Below, piece by piece: positions 63,479 through 64,000 of a stretch of 64,000 nt of DNA; the first letter of the stretch is position 1; each line of letters starts with the position of its first letter. The notes beneath the pieces were generated by a model. The model was given only the letters and a program-made list of their open reading frames with translations, was not told the DNA's origin and searched no databases. Position numbers and translations under genes: made by a program. Source of the DNA: Yuukianura sp. NJ FZ-2021 (lineage: Eukaryota); assembly GCA_046563655.1 (NCBI GenBank), contig CM102286.1:8742001-8806000 (forward strand), read 5' to 3'.

Positions 63479-64000
63479 CATTTTTTTCATTAAATAGTCT
63501 TCAAAAAGTCATTCTGGGCTATCTGAGGAGTCAAAATTGCAAACCGAAATTATGCTTGTGAAAGCCCATCTGAAGTGTTCCAATCTCAATTTTTCTCCGA
63601 AAAATCCATTTTTTTCATTAAATACTCTTCAAAAAGTCATTCTGGGCTATCTGAGGAGTCAAAATTGCAAACCGAAATTATGCTTCTGAAAGCCCATCTG
63701 AAGTGTACCAAACTCAATTTTTCTCAAAAAAAATCCATTTTTTTCATTAAAAACTCCCCAAAAAGTCATTCTGGGCTATCTGAGAAGTCAAAATTGCAAA
63801 CCGAAATTATGCTTGTGAAAGCCCATCTGAAAAGTTCCAAGCTCAATTTTTCACCAAAAACTCCATTTTTTTCATTTAAAACTCCCCAAAAAGTCATTCT
63901 GGGCTATCTGAGGAGTCAAAATTGCAAACCGAAATTATGCTTCTGAAAGCCCATCTGAAGTGTTCCAAACTCAATTTTTCACCAAAAAATCATTTTTTTC

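Larger units (their letters stand above)
40645..64000. repeat. ~128-bp satellite array, block 5 (more heterogeneous, with interspersed LTR fragments)
   Basis: Tandem monomers continuing to the window end. Confidence 0.97.

Noticed and set aside
483..63946. Dozens of similar short ORFs (MQTEIMLLKAHLKC..., MFQTQFF...)
   Set aside because: These are translations of the 128-bp satellite. Most start at TTG/GTG, and their frames depend on homopolymer length.
1..64000. CRISPR-like array
   Set aside because: Repeats are contiguous monomers without unique spacers, no cas genes are present, and the context is eukaryotic.

Overview
This is eukaryotic (probably invertebrate) heterochromatin, not prokaryotic DNA. 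About 46 kb is one head-to-tail ~128-bp AT-rich satellite array (roughly 360 monomers, all in one orientation), and the many MQTEIMLLKAHLKC-type ORFs are artefacts of it. The array is interrupted by five kinds of insertion. (1) A 940-bp Tc1/mariner-type MITE with TA TSD and 30-bp TIRs. (2) A 5'-truncated CR1/L2-group LINE with a (GATT)n tail. (3) A full-length Ty3/gypsy retrotransposon with open gag and pol, a candidate -1 frameshift signal, non-canonical TA...TA LTR ends and divergent LTRs. (4) A 7.3-kb TTAA-flanked composite insertion without TIRs. It carries an intact 3-exon gene for a DDE (Kolobok/Mutator-like) transposase fused to a YqaJ/lambda-exonuclease domain, several nested MITEs, a 51-bp minisatellite, a decayed MOB1/mats host-gene fragment and a 317-bp subterminal palindrome. 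(5) A fragment of a second LTR element (LTR, PBS, gag start) that has been absorbed into the satellite and occurs 8 times in two fixed forms. All family assignments come from reading motifs by eye; no searches were run.
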